Positions 25,730 to 38,091 of a DNA stretch of 64,000 nucleotides are shown here, piece after piece; within the stretch, counting starts at the first letter, position 1; each line of letters opens with the position of its first letter. Both the position numbers and the translations under genes were made by a program. The DNA comes from Hypanus sabinus (taxonomy: Eukaryota), in the NCBI RefSeq assembly GCF_030144855.1, contig NC_082712.1:148552001-148616000 (forward strand). The letters are read 5' to 3'. The notes under the pieces were generated by a model. The model saw nothing but the letters and a program-made list of their open reading frames with translations. It had not been told where the DNA came from and ran no database searches.

Positions 25730-28690
25730 AAAACACAGTTCAATCATGTCTGGTTCTGTTTTTTTTTAAAATCTGCTCCTCAACCCAAATTCCTGGCTTT
25801 CTCCCCGTAACCTTTGATGCAATGTTCAATCAAGAACCCATCAATCTCTGCCTTAAATACACCCAACAATCTGGACCAATGACCACAGCTGCATGTGACA
25901 ACAAATTCCACAAATTCACCACCCTTTATAGAAATTTGTGCGTCTCCTTTTTTCGTAATCACTATGAGTTTGAGAGGTTATTATATATAGATTATCATAT
26001 ATTTGTATTTATACTTTAACCTATTAATTATGTATCCTCAAACTCTCTGTTTCTATGTTTCTCTTATGTTTGTTTAAAATTAATAAAAAGAAAGAAAGAA
26101 ATTTGTCCGCATCTCTGTTTGGAAAGGGCATCCTTCTATCCTGAGGCTGTGCCCCCTTGTCCTAGACTTGCCTACCATGGGAAACATCCTTTCCACATCT
26201 ACTCTGTTTAGGCCTTTCAACATTCAAAAGGTTTCAATGAGATCCCCCCCCCCCCCCCATCCTTCTGAATTCCAGCAAGCACAGACCCAGAGCCATCAAA
26301 TGTTCTTTGTATGATAACCTATTTCTGTAATTATTTCTGTAATCATCCTTGTGGACCTCCTCTGAACCCTCTCCAATGTCGGGATACTTCTTCTAAGATG
26401 AGGGGCCCAAAACTATTCACAATACTCAAGGTGAGGCCTAACCAGTGCTTTATAAAGCCTCAGCATCACATCCTTGCTCTTGTATTCTAGACCTCTTAAA
26501 ATGAATGCTAACATGGCATTTGCCTTCCTCACTGCTGACTCAACCTGCAAGTTTACCTTCATGGTGTTCTGCACAAGGACTCCCAAGTCCCTCTGCATTT
26601 CAGATTCCTAGATTTTCTCACCTGTTTAGAAAATAGTCCGTGCATTTGTTTCTACTACCAAAGTGCATGACCATGTATTTTCCAACATTGCATTTCACTT
26701 GCCACTTGCTTGCCTATTCTCCGAATCTAATTCCTTCTGCATCCTACCTGTTTCCTCAACAGGACCTGCCCCTTCACCAATTTTTGTATCATCTGCAAAC
26801 TTGGCAACAAAGCCATCTATTTCATCATCTAAATCATTCATATACAGCATGAAAAAGTGGTCCCAACACTGACACCTGCAGAAAGCTACTAGTCACTGGC
26901 AGTCAACCAGAAAAAGATCCTTTTATTCCCACCCGCTGCCTCCTACCAATAAGCCAATGCTCTAACCATGTTAGTAATTTTCCTGTAATACCATGGGCTC
27001 TTAACTTGGTAAGCAGCCTCATGTGGGGCACCCTGTCAAAAGCCTTCTGAAAGTCCAGATACTGTACATATACAATATCCGCTGCTTCCCCTTTATCTAT
27101 CTTACTTGTATTCTCCTCAAAGAATTCAACAGGTTCATCAAGCAGGATTTTCCCTGAAGGAAACCATGCTGACTTTGTACTATCTTGTCCTGTGTCACCA
27201 AGTACTCCATCACCTCATCCTTAACAATTGAATCTAACATCTTCCCAACCACTGAGGTCAGGCTATCTGGTCTATAATTTCCTTTCTGCTGCCTTCCTCT
27301 TTTCTTAATGAGTAACATTTGCAATTTTCCAGTCCTCTGGCACCATGCCAGAGTCCAATGATTTTTGAAAGAATATTTCTAATGCCACCACAATCTCTAA
27401 CGCTACCTCTTTCAGAACTCTAGGATGCAGTTCATCTGGTCTTGGGTGCCTTATGTACCTTTAGGACTTGCAGCTTTTTGAGCACCTTCTCTCTTGTAAC
27501 AGTAACTGCACCCACTTCTCTTCCTTTACACACTACAACATCAGGCATACTGCTTCTGTCTTCCACAGTGAAGACTGATGCAAAATACTCATTTAGTTCA
27601 TCAGCCATCTCCTTGTCCCCTGTTATTTCTCCTGCCTCATTTTCAATTCTCAATTCTTTTTTATTTTTAACATTCTTGAAAAAACTTTCACTATCCGCTT
27701 TGATATTATTTGCTGGCTTGTTTTCATATTTTATCTTTTCCCTTCTAATGATTTTTCTTTAGTTGCTCTCTCTGGAGGATTTTTAAACACTTCCCAAACC
27801 TTTATGTTCCCACTAATTTTTGCTTTGTTGTATGCCCTCTCTTTGGCTCCTACAATAGCTTTGATTTCACTTGTCAGCCACGGAGTATTTCTTCATTTTT
27901 GGAATACACATGTCCTGTACCTCCCTCATTTTCCCCAGAAACGTACGCTATTGCTGCTCTGCTGACATCCCTGCCAGCATCTCCTTCCAGTTTACTTTGG
28001 CCAACTCTTCTCTCATATCACTGTAATTTCCCTTTCTCCATTGAAATACTGCTACATCAGATTTTACTTTTGAACAGGTCATACCTCCCCAGGAGAGATC
28101 CCAATTATCCAAGAACCTGAAGACCTGCCCCCGCTCCAGCTTCTCAGTCACGCATTTATCCACCAAATCATCCTGTCTCTATTCTCACTGGGGCATGGCA
28201 CAGGCAGCAACCCAGAACTTACCACCTAGGAGGGTCTGCTTCTCTGCTTTCTACCTAGCTTTCTAAATTCTCTTTTCAGGACCTCATCACTTTTCCTTCC
28301 TATGTCATTGGTACCAAAATATTGTGGACGTGATCCGAGACATCCCTGACCCTGGCACCTGGGAGGCAACATACCATCCGGGTGTCCCATTCACATCCAC
28401 AGAATTTCCTGTCTGTTCCCCTCACTATCGAGTCCCCTATCACTGCTGTTCCCTTCTTCTCTCTCTCCCTTCTGCACCATGGACCCATGCTCAATGCCTG
28501 TAACCGGGCTGCTGCGGCATTCTCCTGGGTGCTCATCCCCACAAAAGTATCCAAAGCGGTATACTTGTTTTTGAGGGGAATGGCCACAGGGGTGCCCTGC
28601 TCTAACTGTCTATTTCCATTTCTCCTGACAGTCACCCAGCTACTCGCCTCTTGCAACTTTGGGGTGACTACCTGCCTGTAATTTTGATCA
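25730..28690 (-). mobile_element. Long CR1 LINE remnant: ORF1 esterase plus internally deleted ORF2 and 3' end
   Basis: ORF 28300-28656 has the SGNH-esterase motif VIGDSIVRGTDR...CCLPGARVRDV. ORF2 pieces GNYRPDSLTSVVGKMLDSI and KALVRPHLEYC lie downstream on the minus strand. Confidence 0.85.
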
Positions 28691-29174
28691 ATTAAACCCT
28701 TGCTCTCACTTACAAGCCGGTGTCATCCAGTTGCTGCTCCAGATCCCCAACATGGTCTTCAAGGAGCTGCAGCCAGATGTAGTTCCCTGGGAGACTCTGG
28801 GTATCCCAGTTCTCCAACATCCAGCACGAAGTACACACCACAGCCATTTAAAATGGTACAGTAAGAGAGGGAAAAAAGACAAAAAGGAAACCTTAACAGA
28901 TGCTTTACACAGAGCTAACGTCTCCTCCAAGCCAAAACCTCTTCTGAGCCAAAGCCTACCGCTTCTACTCTTGCCATTGGCCTATTCCCAACATTGGCTG
29001 CTCTGCTTATCATTTCTGTACTTCTATTCAGTTCGTAGAGCTCTGTCGATGCGGCTGATAGGCCACATACAAGGGGAAAACGCTCTCGAAGCTCCCTTTT
29101 TAAATAACCACAAGAACTACCTCTTGGTAGAGTTCTGTTGATGCCGCTGATGGGCCACGTACAATGGACAAACA

Positions 29175-29815
29175 CTCTCGGAGCTAACACAAGGAAATCT
29201 GCAGATGCTGGGAAGTCAAGCAACACACCCAAAACGCAGCAGGACAGGCAGCATCTATAGGGAGAAGCACTGTTGATGTTTCGGGCCGAGACCCTTCATC
29301 AGGACTAACTGAAGGAAAAGTTAGTAAGAGATTTGAAAGTAGGAGGGGGAGGGGGAAATGCAAAATGATAGGAGAGACTGGGGGGGGGTGGGGTGAAGCT
29401 AAGAGCTGGAAAGTTGATTGGCAAAATGGATACAGAGCTGGAAAAGGGAAAGGATCATGGGACGGGAGGCCTAGGGAGAAAGAATGGGGGAGGAGAGCAC
29501 CAGAAGGAGATGGAGAACAGGCAAAGCGTGATGGGCAGAGAGAGAAAAGGGGGGGGGGGAAACAAATAAATCATGGATGGGGTAAGAAGGGGAGGAGGGG
29601 CATTCATGGAAGTTAGAGAAGTCAATGTTCATGCCATCAGGTTGGAGGCTACCCAAACGGTATATGAAGTGTTGTTCCTCCAACCTGAGTGTGGCTTCAT
29701 CTTGACAGTAGAGGAGGCCATGGACAGACATATCAGAATGGGAATGGGACGTGGAATTAAAATGTGCGGCCACTGGGAGATCCTGCTTTCTCTGGCGGAC
29801 AGAGTGTAGGTGTCC
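29175..29815 (-). mobile_element. Penelope-like element 3' part
   Basis: ORF 29471-29827: HLHSVRQRKQDLPVAAHFNSTSHSHSDMSVHGL..LRLEEQHFIYRLGSLQPDGMNIDFSN; same family as 22738-23430. Confidence 0.75.
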
Positions 29816-32800
29816 TCCACCTATCAATCTGAACCACTAGACTGCATGCAGCAAAAAGGATCTGCTCACAGAATTCCTTGACTATTCTCTGAAGTCTCAT
29901 AGTAGACTTTTCCACTGTTCCTAAATGTCTCTGATGATCAGACATATTTGAAAACAAGTTAAACAATATAAACAACTCACTTAATGCCAAACTTAAATGC
30001 AAATTAAATAGAATTGTTACTGATAATTAAAATGAAATCAGAAAAATGCACTTACCTGAAATGGATTTGGCTCCGTCAGGCAACACTGAATGAAGCATAC
30101 CTGGTCTCAGATAGGCATTATTAAAAATTACTTCTTTACCTCATAGTTGGCCCAGAGGTGAACATGATCTCCATTATGATCTGTACTTCCATATCAGCGC
30201 AACCTGGTGCATCATTCCTCATCATAATTCACAATAGTTCTATGAAAATCGCAGACCTGTTGCTGAGGGTTTACTTCTCTGTCCCCCAGTAGCTTGCCCT
30301 CACCCTGCGTGCTATTGCTCAGTCCCAGTCTCATGTCAGACTCCACATGGATGTACACTAATACAGCACACTGGTTATTGAAGTCAAGACAGCACATGGG
30401 ACACCAATCCCTGCAGAAAGTGGCACACCATTGATCAATCGAAGCAACAGTCAGTAGGCATCAGTGAGAAAACATTCAGCAAATAAGTGATGAATGCTGG
30501 TGGGCCTCTTCCTCCTGCCAAGCACACATCCAGCTGAACACACTGTACTTTTAGCAGGAGATTGAGCACCAGTTTGGCGGCAGTTACATCAAAGAGATTT
30601 TACAGACTGATTGTCAACATGATAACTAATTCAACATGCGTACTGATGGCAAATTAGACTCAAAATGGCACTTTCTGAGCTCACACAGCAGATGCTGCAC
30701 AGCTGAATTTTGGACCCACTCTACTGTATATCAACAATTTAATATCTGTGACCATTTCATCTTACTTAAAATGTATTTAAGCCACTACTTAAAACAGATG
30801 GTTCATGTAATATGATTGCTGTAAAGTACCAAGATTTCACATTTATAACCAGAGACAGATATAGGTTAGAAAGAACAGAGGAAAAAGCAATTATTCATAT
30901 TAAGTTGCGGATGTCACAATTCAAGAGGAGGAATAATCATTGCAGTTTCTGCCAGAACAGGATGAGTCATGACTGGGAGGAGCAGTGAGCAAAGGACTAC
31001 TGTTGATAATGAAATAACAATGGTATCAGAGAAATGGCTGTAAATCACAGGAGGGGAAAATGCATGGAGGTACTAGTGTGGAAGTGTACCTCTGGCACAT
31101 TCTTTACTGTGCAGCCCCATATTATCTTCCATGAATTTGCATCCTGCATAAGGAAATGGTTAATTCTTCATTAATTTCCATCTACTTAAGGAGTTTCTCT
31201 TCAAAGTCTGGATAAGTCAATTTTCTCTTCCTCTTTCAATCTTTTTATTATTATTATTAATATCAACATAATAAGATTAATACATAGTTAATGGGATTAC
31301 AAATTTAAACTGAACATGAAAGGATACACAAGCAACAGTTACAATATAGCTAAGTCTTCCCAAATCATGAATGATACAAATATCATATAAACAATGCAAA
31401 ACTAGATATATCATATTATATGTGAAAAAAAACAGAAAAGAGAAAAAGAAAAAAAAAATAACCCTAAGAAAAACTAATCTAACAACCTAATAACTAATAT
31501 AGAGAAAAAAAAGGAAGAAAAAAATAGAAAAAAAAGTCAATTTTCTAATCTGGCATAATTACTTAATTGATCCTCTAGCTTTCTTTAGCAGGTCTTTATT
31601 GATATCTCAGCTGTTCTTCTGTGGATAATTCCTGAACAATGCATTTGTTAACAGCTGATGTCAGCAGATCAATAGAAAAGCACTGGACTTCCATAAATGA
31701 GACAATTTATTTAAAATAAAGCTTTGTTAGTGTGTACGATAGGCCTTTTGTTAATACCAAAGTCTAAGTGACTGAGGTTTAACGTTGAACTGTGTGAATC
31801 TTCAGACAATTGTGGTTAAAGTGGTAAGTTAAACTTCAGAAACTGAAAAGATTTCATCAGTGATGCCCTCCAGCCAGAAGACTGCAAGATGAGAATTTTT
31901 AGCTGCTTATGTTGCCCTGAGTATAATCTTATGTGCATATGCAATTATTATTAACAATGTTATTCTTATTTGTTCAAAGGTTCATTTTGTTGCCGATGTA
32001 TGTATGTACAGTACAACTCCAGTATTTGTCTTCTACGGAAAGACGATGGGAACTGATGAAAGAAGAGACCATCAAGTCCCCCTGTCATGGAAAAGAAAAA
32101 GAAACAAAACTCACTACCCCAAAATCAACCCCCACAGGAAAATAAAAGCATCAATGACATTCCCCGACCCCCTTACTCTCAGAAAAAAATGTTCAGTTCA
32201 TACAAAGTGGAATCAATACCTTTGGATCACATTATCTTAAATAATAACTTTAAAAAAAACCTTTGTTAATATTATCACTAAGTCCCAAGTAAGGCATGAA
32301 TCATGCATCTGTTTCAGAATTTTTTTTGACATTGTGAGGAATATCAGAAATCCCCAGAGCTGATCTGCAAGGTAGGGGATGAGGTTATGCTGGCTGTCAA
32401 AGGACACCTTGGTGAGAGGGGTTGCTTGGATGTACCACTGTAAGCTGTGCCAGTGGAGCACAGGACACTTTGTATGTCTTGTGCCTGGATGTGGGGCTGC
32501 CATGGTTAGTGATTGTAAGTGGTCACCTAAAGTCAGTATGATTTGGCAATTACTCTTCAGAGCAAAACACAAATAAACATTTAAGTGTGATCCAAAATTG
32601 AATTTGTGGGAAGAATTTTATAATAACAAGAAAATAAAATATATACTGTAGGTAAGCAAATTTCTTATTTCTGATTTCTTCTGAAGATTTGCAAAACGAG
32701 TACCTCTGGGAAATTATTCATGATCTTCTGTCTCCCAAGGAAAGCAGCAGCTTTTTGGATGTGAAGACAGAAAAAAAGGAATATTCCAAGTTGTGAATTC

Positions 32801-32904
32801 TGATTCTCTGGCCAGGCTCTGGGGTCAAAGGAAAAAGAACGAGCACCTGCCGGCGGAAAAACTCAGCAGAGCGTTGAGGTAACATTGTGGGCCTGGCCTT
32901 GAGG

Positions 32905-33150
32905 TAACATGGTGCATCATAGTACCAGCTACACAGGTTCAATTCGCGCTGCTGTTTGTAAGGAGCTTGTATGCTCTCCCCCTGACCTCGTGGGTTTCCT
33001 CCAGGTGCTCTGGTTTCGTCCCACATTCCAAAGATGTTGACAGGTAAATTGGTCATTGTAAATTGTCCCATTAGGCTAGGATTAAACTGGGTGAGTGTTG
33101 GGTGGCATGAGTCAAAAGGTCAGAAGAGTCTACTCTATGTCATAGGTCAA
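32905..33150 (+). mobile_element. V-SINE (HE1-like) copy
   Basis: GGAGCTTGTATGCTCTCCCC...GGGTTTCCTCCAGGTGCTCTGGTTTCGTCCCACATTCCAAAGA. Confidence 0.65.
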
Positions 33151-33184
33151 TAAAAAAAAATTAAAAATCCGACATTGGTTAACA

Positions 33185-33655
33185 GCGTGCATCTCACATT
33201 GAGGTAACATTGTGCATCTGTCATTGAGGTAGCGTGCGTCTGTCATTGAAGTAACAGTGTGTGTCCGTAATTGACGGAACAGTGTGCGTCTCACATTGAG
33301 GTAACAGTGTTAATCTCACATTGAAGTAACGTGCGTCTGTCATTGAGTTAACAGTATGCGTCTGTCATTAAGGTAATGTTGTACATCTGTCATTGAGGTA
33401 ACACTGTGCATCTCACATTAAGGTAACGTGCATCTCACATTGAGGTAACTGTGCGTCTCACATTGAGGTAACGTGCATCTCACATTCAGGTAACGTGCGT
33501 CTGTCATTAAGGTAATGTGCGTCTCACATTGAAGTAACATTGTGCGTCTCACATTGAGGTAACACTGTGCGTCTCACATTGAGGTAACGTGCATCTGTCA
33601 TTGAGGTAACGTGTGTCTGTCATTGAGGTAATGTTGTGTGTCTGACATTGAAGTA
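33185..33655. repeat. Minisatellite, ~20 copies of a 22/25-bp unit
   Basis: Unit CATTGAGGTAAC[AGT/ACT/ATT or none]GTGC(G/A)TCT(CA/GT). Unit starts from 33197 to 33646 are spaced 22 or 25 bp apart (one 23). Confidence 0.95.
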
Positions 33656-36619
33656 TGTTAAAAGGAGAGCATTAAGCTTCCCTTAATCTATTCATTGATG
33701 CAGTAAAATGTGAACAGAGTCAATTAAACATCAGCTACCTTTTTGAGCCAGAAACAACCTATCTCATGAGTAAATATACACAGTAAACAATTATACATTT
33801 GTTTGGCATTATGGGAATAGTTTGACTTCCAGAATAATTCCAGATTGGCACGAAAGGTTCTGTGAATCATTTTGGTAGACACCTGGTATATAATAATGAT
33901 GAAAGGGTTCTGAGAAATGGTTGCCTGTGGAAAACAGATGGGGTAGTGTTTGAACAGGGGAATTGAAAGAAAAAAAATTCTCAAGTATAGTTAATGATGG
34001 GCAGTAGAGACTCACTCCGACATGTAAGTAAAAACAACAGTGCCATTAATGTTGTGCAAACCCATGTTTCATGTGTTAATTGAGTTCTTGCTGCAATTCA
34101 TTTGCAGTTATGGCGCACCCATGAACCTCATATTAATTAATGTCAATTGACATCAGGTTTCTGCGTGCTTCATAACTGCAACTGGTAGGTTATCAACGTC
34201 AATAACACCCGGTTTTCATGTTTAGCAGGGGGATCTAATTATTCAGAGGTCACTTCATTTTATTTTGCTTTTCAGGCATTGTTTCAAAATGGATTTGGAA
34301 TGGGTAGATAAAAGGTTAATGTATAAATTTGGAAAGAATGCATACAGCTGGAGATAAAAACTTTAATTCACTCATCGATTATAATCCTTATTGATTGAAG
34401 ATAAGAATCATTCTACAATACACCAGTACATTCTTCAGACCCAGGAATACCTTTGGTCAATAATCAATTTAATTTGACAATATAATCAGATTCCTATTAG
34501 ATATCAAACCACTGTAATAAATGTATTTTTAAAAATTATACAAGAAATCTGTAGCAAGTAATTCAATTGCATTGCTTTTGTTGTAAGTAACTTTGTAAAT
34601 ACGCTGGGGAGTCAATGCACAAGTGATCAAAATCCATGATCTACATCAACCTCTAGCTATCATTTGTTTGTGTGTACAGATATGCAGCTATTTATCTCTA
34701 TTACATTGACTTGCATAGAGCGCAGTGCAGAAATAAGCAAGTTATTTGTCCCTCTTCCTATCTTTCCTCACCCATCAGTTTACTTCTCGAGTCTTTTCTT
34801 AATTGTATGCTTGTTTAATTTGTTCTATTTTCATGTTCATTTGGCTGTGAATTCTATGTTCTCACCACACCATGGTTTCTTCTGACTTTCCTCTCTCAAT
34901 GGCCTCTGCTTTTTTCCTTTTTCTCCCAGAGATGCTTTCTTTAACAATTCAATGATCATAATTCAACCCTACCCAAATCTTCCCTACTTAAAGACATACA
35001 TCAATGTCACCTCTCAACATTATGTATACTGTGCAATTATAGGGTAGCATTTCATTTGTTTTACTGAGAGAAATTGGCTAAAATTTTATAGGAATGTGCA
35101 ACAATGGCTGAAAATTACTGTTGATGATGTTGCTATTTTACCAGGTTATTTTATGCGGTGAATGCTTCTGCTAAGGTAGTGCAAAGAGGAAAGTTATAAG
35201 AACGTCTGCTGCATCAGGCCACTGAAATAATAAACCACCAATTTCAGTCTGTTATATTCTTTCTTTTTGTATCTGTTTCTTCTTGCAATGTCCAAATTAT
35301 ATATGGAAACACTGAACTTTGATATGGACTCTGAAAGTACAACATGCCAGGAACAAAGAGTTTCCAATACGAGTGTAACAAAGCTCAATGCATTACCTAC
35401 ACTGGTAACTATACTGTGGAAATTACGAGAATAAAATTGATTTTCTTACATAATTCAAATGATCAGTTTTGCTATGATAGATTTTCTTCATTTGATATAA
35501 TAATAATAATTGTAATTATAAAAATTAGGCACATTGAAGCTGAAAATACACAGACTGAGGAGAGCCCAGCCAAAAGTGGTTGAGTTAGTGGGGTCAGTGT
35601 ATCTGAAAACATAACCGAAATAGATATTTCAGCCTACATTTTGTTTTCTATCATTGAAAGAGACATCTGATCTGTATCTTAGCTCCATCCTTTTAACTGG
35701 AGCTCTAAATCATTTTATATATACTTCTTAGCGGAAACATTGATTGATTTCAGAATTATTAATTGAGATTGCTTCTTCTTGTCTCAGCCTTTGTTGGGCA
35801 AAGTGCTTCCTAACTTCTTTGGGCAAAGTGTCTCCTGATTTCTTCCTGAAGCAATGCCGAATTCCTTTTGGCTCCTCAGAAGAGACATGTGTTATTTACA
35901 CACAATCTTAAGCTTTAACTTTGCTGTCCTTTGCCCCTCCTTAGAATCATCAATATCCTAAAAATCATCCTGAACCATGTGCATGTGAGTGAATCGAAGG
36001 AAAATTTATAAACAATCTCTTCAGAAGATTGCCCTGTCTAACATACAGAAAGATTAGAGTGACTCAGCCTGGGAAGTAACTGAGGAAAGTAGTCTAGGTA
36101 ATCCAGCATGAGTTTAGTGAGTGCGACCAGAAGTGTCCCACTTTGGGTGAAGCAGCTGACCCTCTATTACTGGTCCAACTCCCCACTGGCATCACAAAGG
36201 CAGGCAACTTTTAAAAATCTCCTTAAATTGTGTCCCTGGACATTGCATTTTTGGACAACAATTTTTAAGTTCTTTTGCTTCAGGCATGGAGCCCATTGTA
36301 GAGTCTTGATTGAGACTCTATTTGACCGACTGAAGATATAACAAACATTGCTGTTGATACAACATAAGCAGCCATTAATTACCTAAAGCAAGAGAATACA
36401 TCACATGGAACCCCTCCCCCGACACTCCCATGCTATTGCTCTTGCAATCACCTTGAATCAGGTTTAATATCATTGGCACAGGTCGTGAAATTTGCTCTTC
36501 TGTGGCAGCAGTACAGTGCACTACTTAATAATAATAACTATAAATTACAATAAACAAAAATAATAAAATTAAATAAGTATAGCAAAAAGAGAGGAAAAAA
36601 TGCAGAGGCAGTTTTCATA

Positions 36620-37150
36620 GTGTTCTCCACATACCAAGTGCCATCGTCCCAATCTTCACCTCTCCCAGCCCCCACCTTCCACCAGCTCCCCAGTCATCAT
36701 GGACACACCTTCACCACTGGGCTCTGGGGAAACTCAGACACGGCAAAGCATTGGGACCAGATGGTGTGAACCCCAAGGTCCTGAAGCAGTGTGCTGAGCA
36801 GCTGTGTGGAGTTCTCCAGTGCATTTTCAATCTGAGCTTGGAAAGGGTCCCCACTGTGTGGAAAACATCACGGGTAGTCCCAGTACCCAAGAAGGGCAAA
36901 CCAAAAGTCTCAAATGGCTACTGTCCAGTGGCCCTGACTTCACACATCATGAAGACCCTAGAGAGGCTGGTCCTGGCTCACCTCTGACCTCAGCCCTCGA
37001 TCCCCTGTGGTTTGCCTCCCAGGAGCACATTGGTGTTGAACTGGAGAACTCAGGACAAAAAGCAAGTTGTTTTGTTTATGTCTCCCCTCTTGCTGTGAAA
37101 GGATGACACCTCTCTGTCCCTTTATTAGGGAGCAAGAGAGCCTGTGGTAT
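36620..37150 (+). mobile_element. Rex1-type RT fragment and LINE 3' UTR, interrupted by the Gypsy insertion; continues at 41357-~41660
   Basis: ORF 36751-36987 GPDGVNPKVLKQCAEQL..VPVPKKG..YCPVALTSHIMKTLERLV. The rejoined flanks (GAGAGCCTGTGGTAT|GTTGAATT...) resemble 60935-61237. Confidence 0.65.
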
Positions 37151-37364
37151 TGTAGCGCCTCATTTCCTAGCGTATCCGAACCGACTCACAATTAGATAGC
37201 CTACGGGGGTTTGCGAGCACAGAGCTTTGGAGCCTCTTCGCCATGGGGGGCCGGTTGACAGAGGCTTAAAAGTGAGGCTGAAGTTTTCGAATAAAGTTTT
37301 TCCTTCGACTGCAGTTACCGACTCCGTGTCGTAATTTTAGCGCTGCTTGTAGCACACCGCTACA
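37151..37364 (+). repeat. Gypsy 5' LTR
   Basis: TGTAGCGCC...CCGCTACA with internal AATAAA; differs from the 3' LTR only at 37177 (C). Confidence 0.97.
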
Positions 37365-37366
37365 AT

Positions 37367-37380
37367 TGGTGACCCCGACG
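37367..37380 (+). promoter_or_regulatory. Primer-binding site complementary to tRNA-Trp
   Basis: TGGTGACCCCGACG, 2 nt after the LTR; matches the first 14 nt of the tRNA-Trp PBS known from avian sarcoma/leukosis viruses. Confidence 0.85.
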
Positions 37381-37404
37381 GTCCAAACGATTTTTGGACC
37401 AGAA

Positions 37405-38091
37405 ATGACCGACGCCGCCTCTGTTCATGCGGTTTCGTTGAAACTGCCGGGTTTCTGGACACAGCGCCCGGACCTATGGTTCCAGCAAGCCGAAGCCCAA
37501 TTCCACGTTCGCCGGATCACCTCAGAAGACACCCGCTACTACTACGTGGTGGGCTCCCTCGACCAGGACACAGCTGCCCAGGTCGCGGAGTTCGTACAGT
37601 CGCCCCCGGCAGACGGCAAGTACACGGAATTCAAAGCCCTGCTCCTCAGGACTTTCGGACTCTCACGGCGCGAGCGGGCTGCCCGTTTACTGCACCTGGA
37701 TGGCTTGGGCGACAGACCTCCATCGGCTTTAATGAATGAGATGTTGTCTCTGGCCGAGGGACACACAGGCCTCATGTTTGAGCAGGCATTCCTGGAGCAG
37801 CTGCCCGAGGACATACGCCTGCTGCTGTCCGACGCGGATTTCAGTGACCCCCGGAAGGTGGCAGCCCGGGCGGACTTGCTGTGGAACGCCAAAAAGGTGA
37901 GCGGGGCGTCCATCGCACAGATCTCCCAGCCACGCTCCCGGCAGCAAACCAGTCCAGGCCCGGCCGCAGAGCCCACTAACCCCCGGCCCAATGACCACTG
38001 GTGCTTCTACCACCAGCGGTGGGGCGCAGAAGCCCGCCGTTGCCGCCCGCCCTGCAAGTTCCCGGGAAACGCCGGGGCCAGCCGCCGCTGA
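37405..38091 (+). CDS. Gypsy Gag
   Basis: First ATG at 37405 ([33 protein letters not shown]), with C-terminal [19 protein letters not shown]; TGA at 38089-38091. Confidence 0.9.
   Translation: MTDAASVHAVSLKLPGFWTQRPDLWFQQAEAQFHVRRITSEDTRYYYVVGSLDQDTAAQVAEFVQSPPADGKYTEFKALLLRTFGLSRRERAARLLHLDGLGDRPPSALMNEMLSLAEGHTGLMFEQAFLEQLPEDIRLLLSDADFSDPRKVAARADLLWNAKKVSGASIAQISQPRSRQQTSPGPAAEPTNPRPNDHWCFYHQRWGAEARRCRPPCKFPGNAGASRR

Noticed and set aside
30050-30410. Minus-strand CAG|GTAAGT donor (30050-30058), upstream CTGCAG acceptor and 61-aa ORF 30212-30397 as an unknown exon
   Set aside because: The peptide resembles nothing recognisable, all frames close, and one perfect 9-mer is expected by chance. 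A lncRNA exon cannot be excluded without RNA data.
33185-33655. Minisatellite as a CRISPR-like array or RSS array (CACTGTG at 33402 and 33563)
   Set aside because: Units are contiguous with no unique spacers, the context is eukaryotic, and there are no nonamers.
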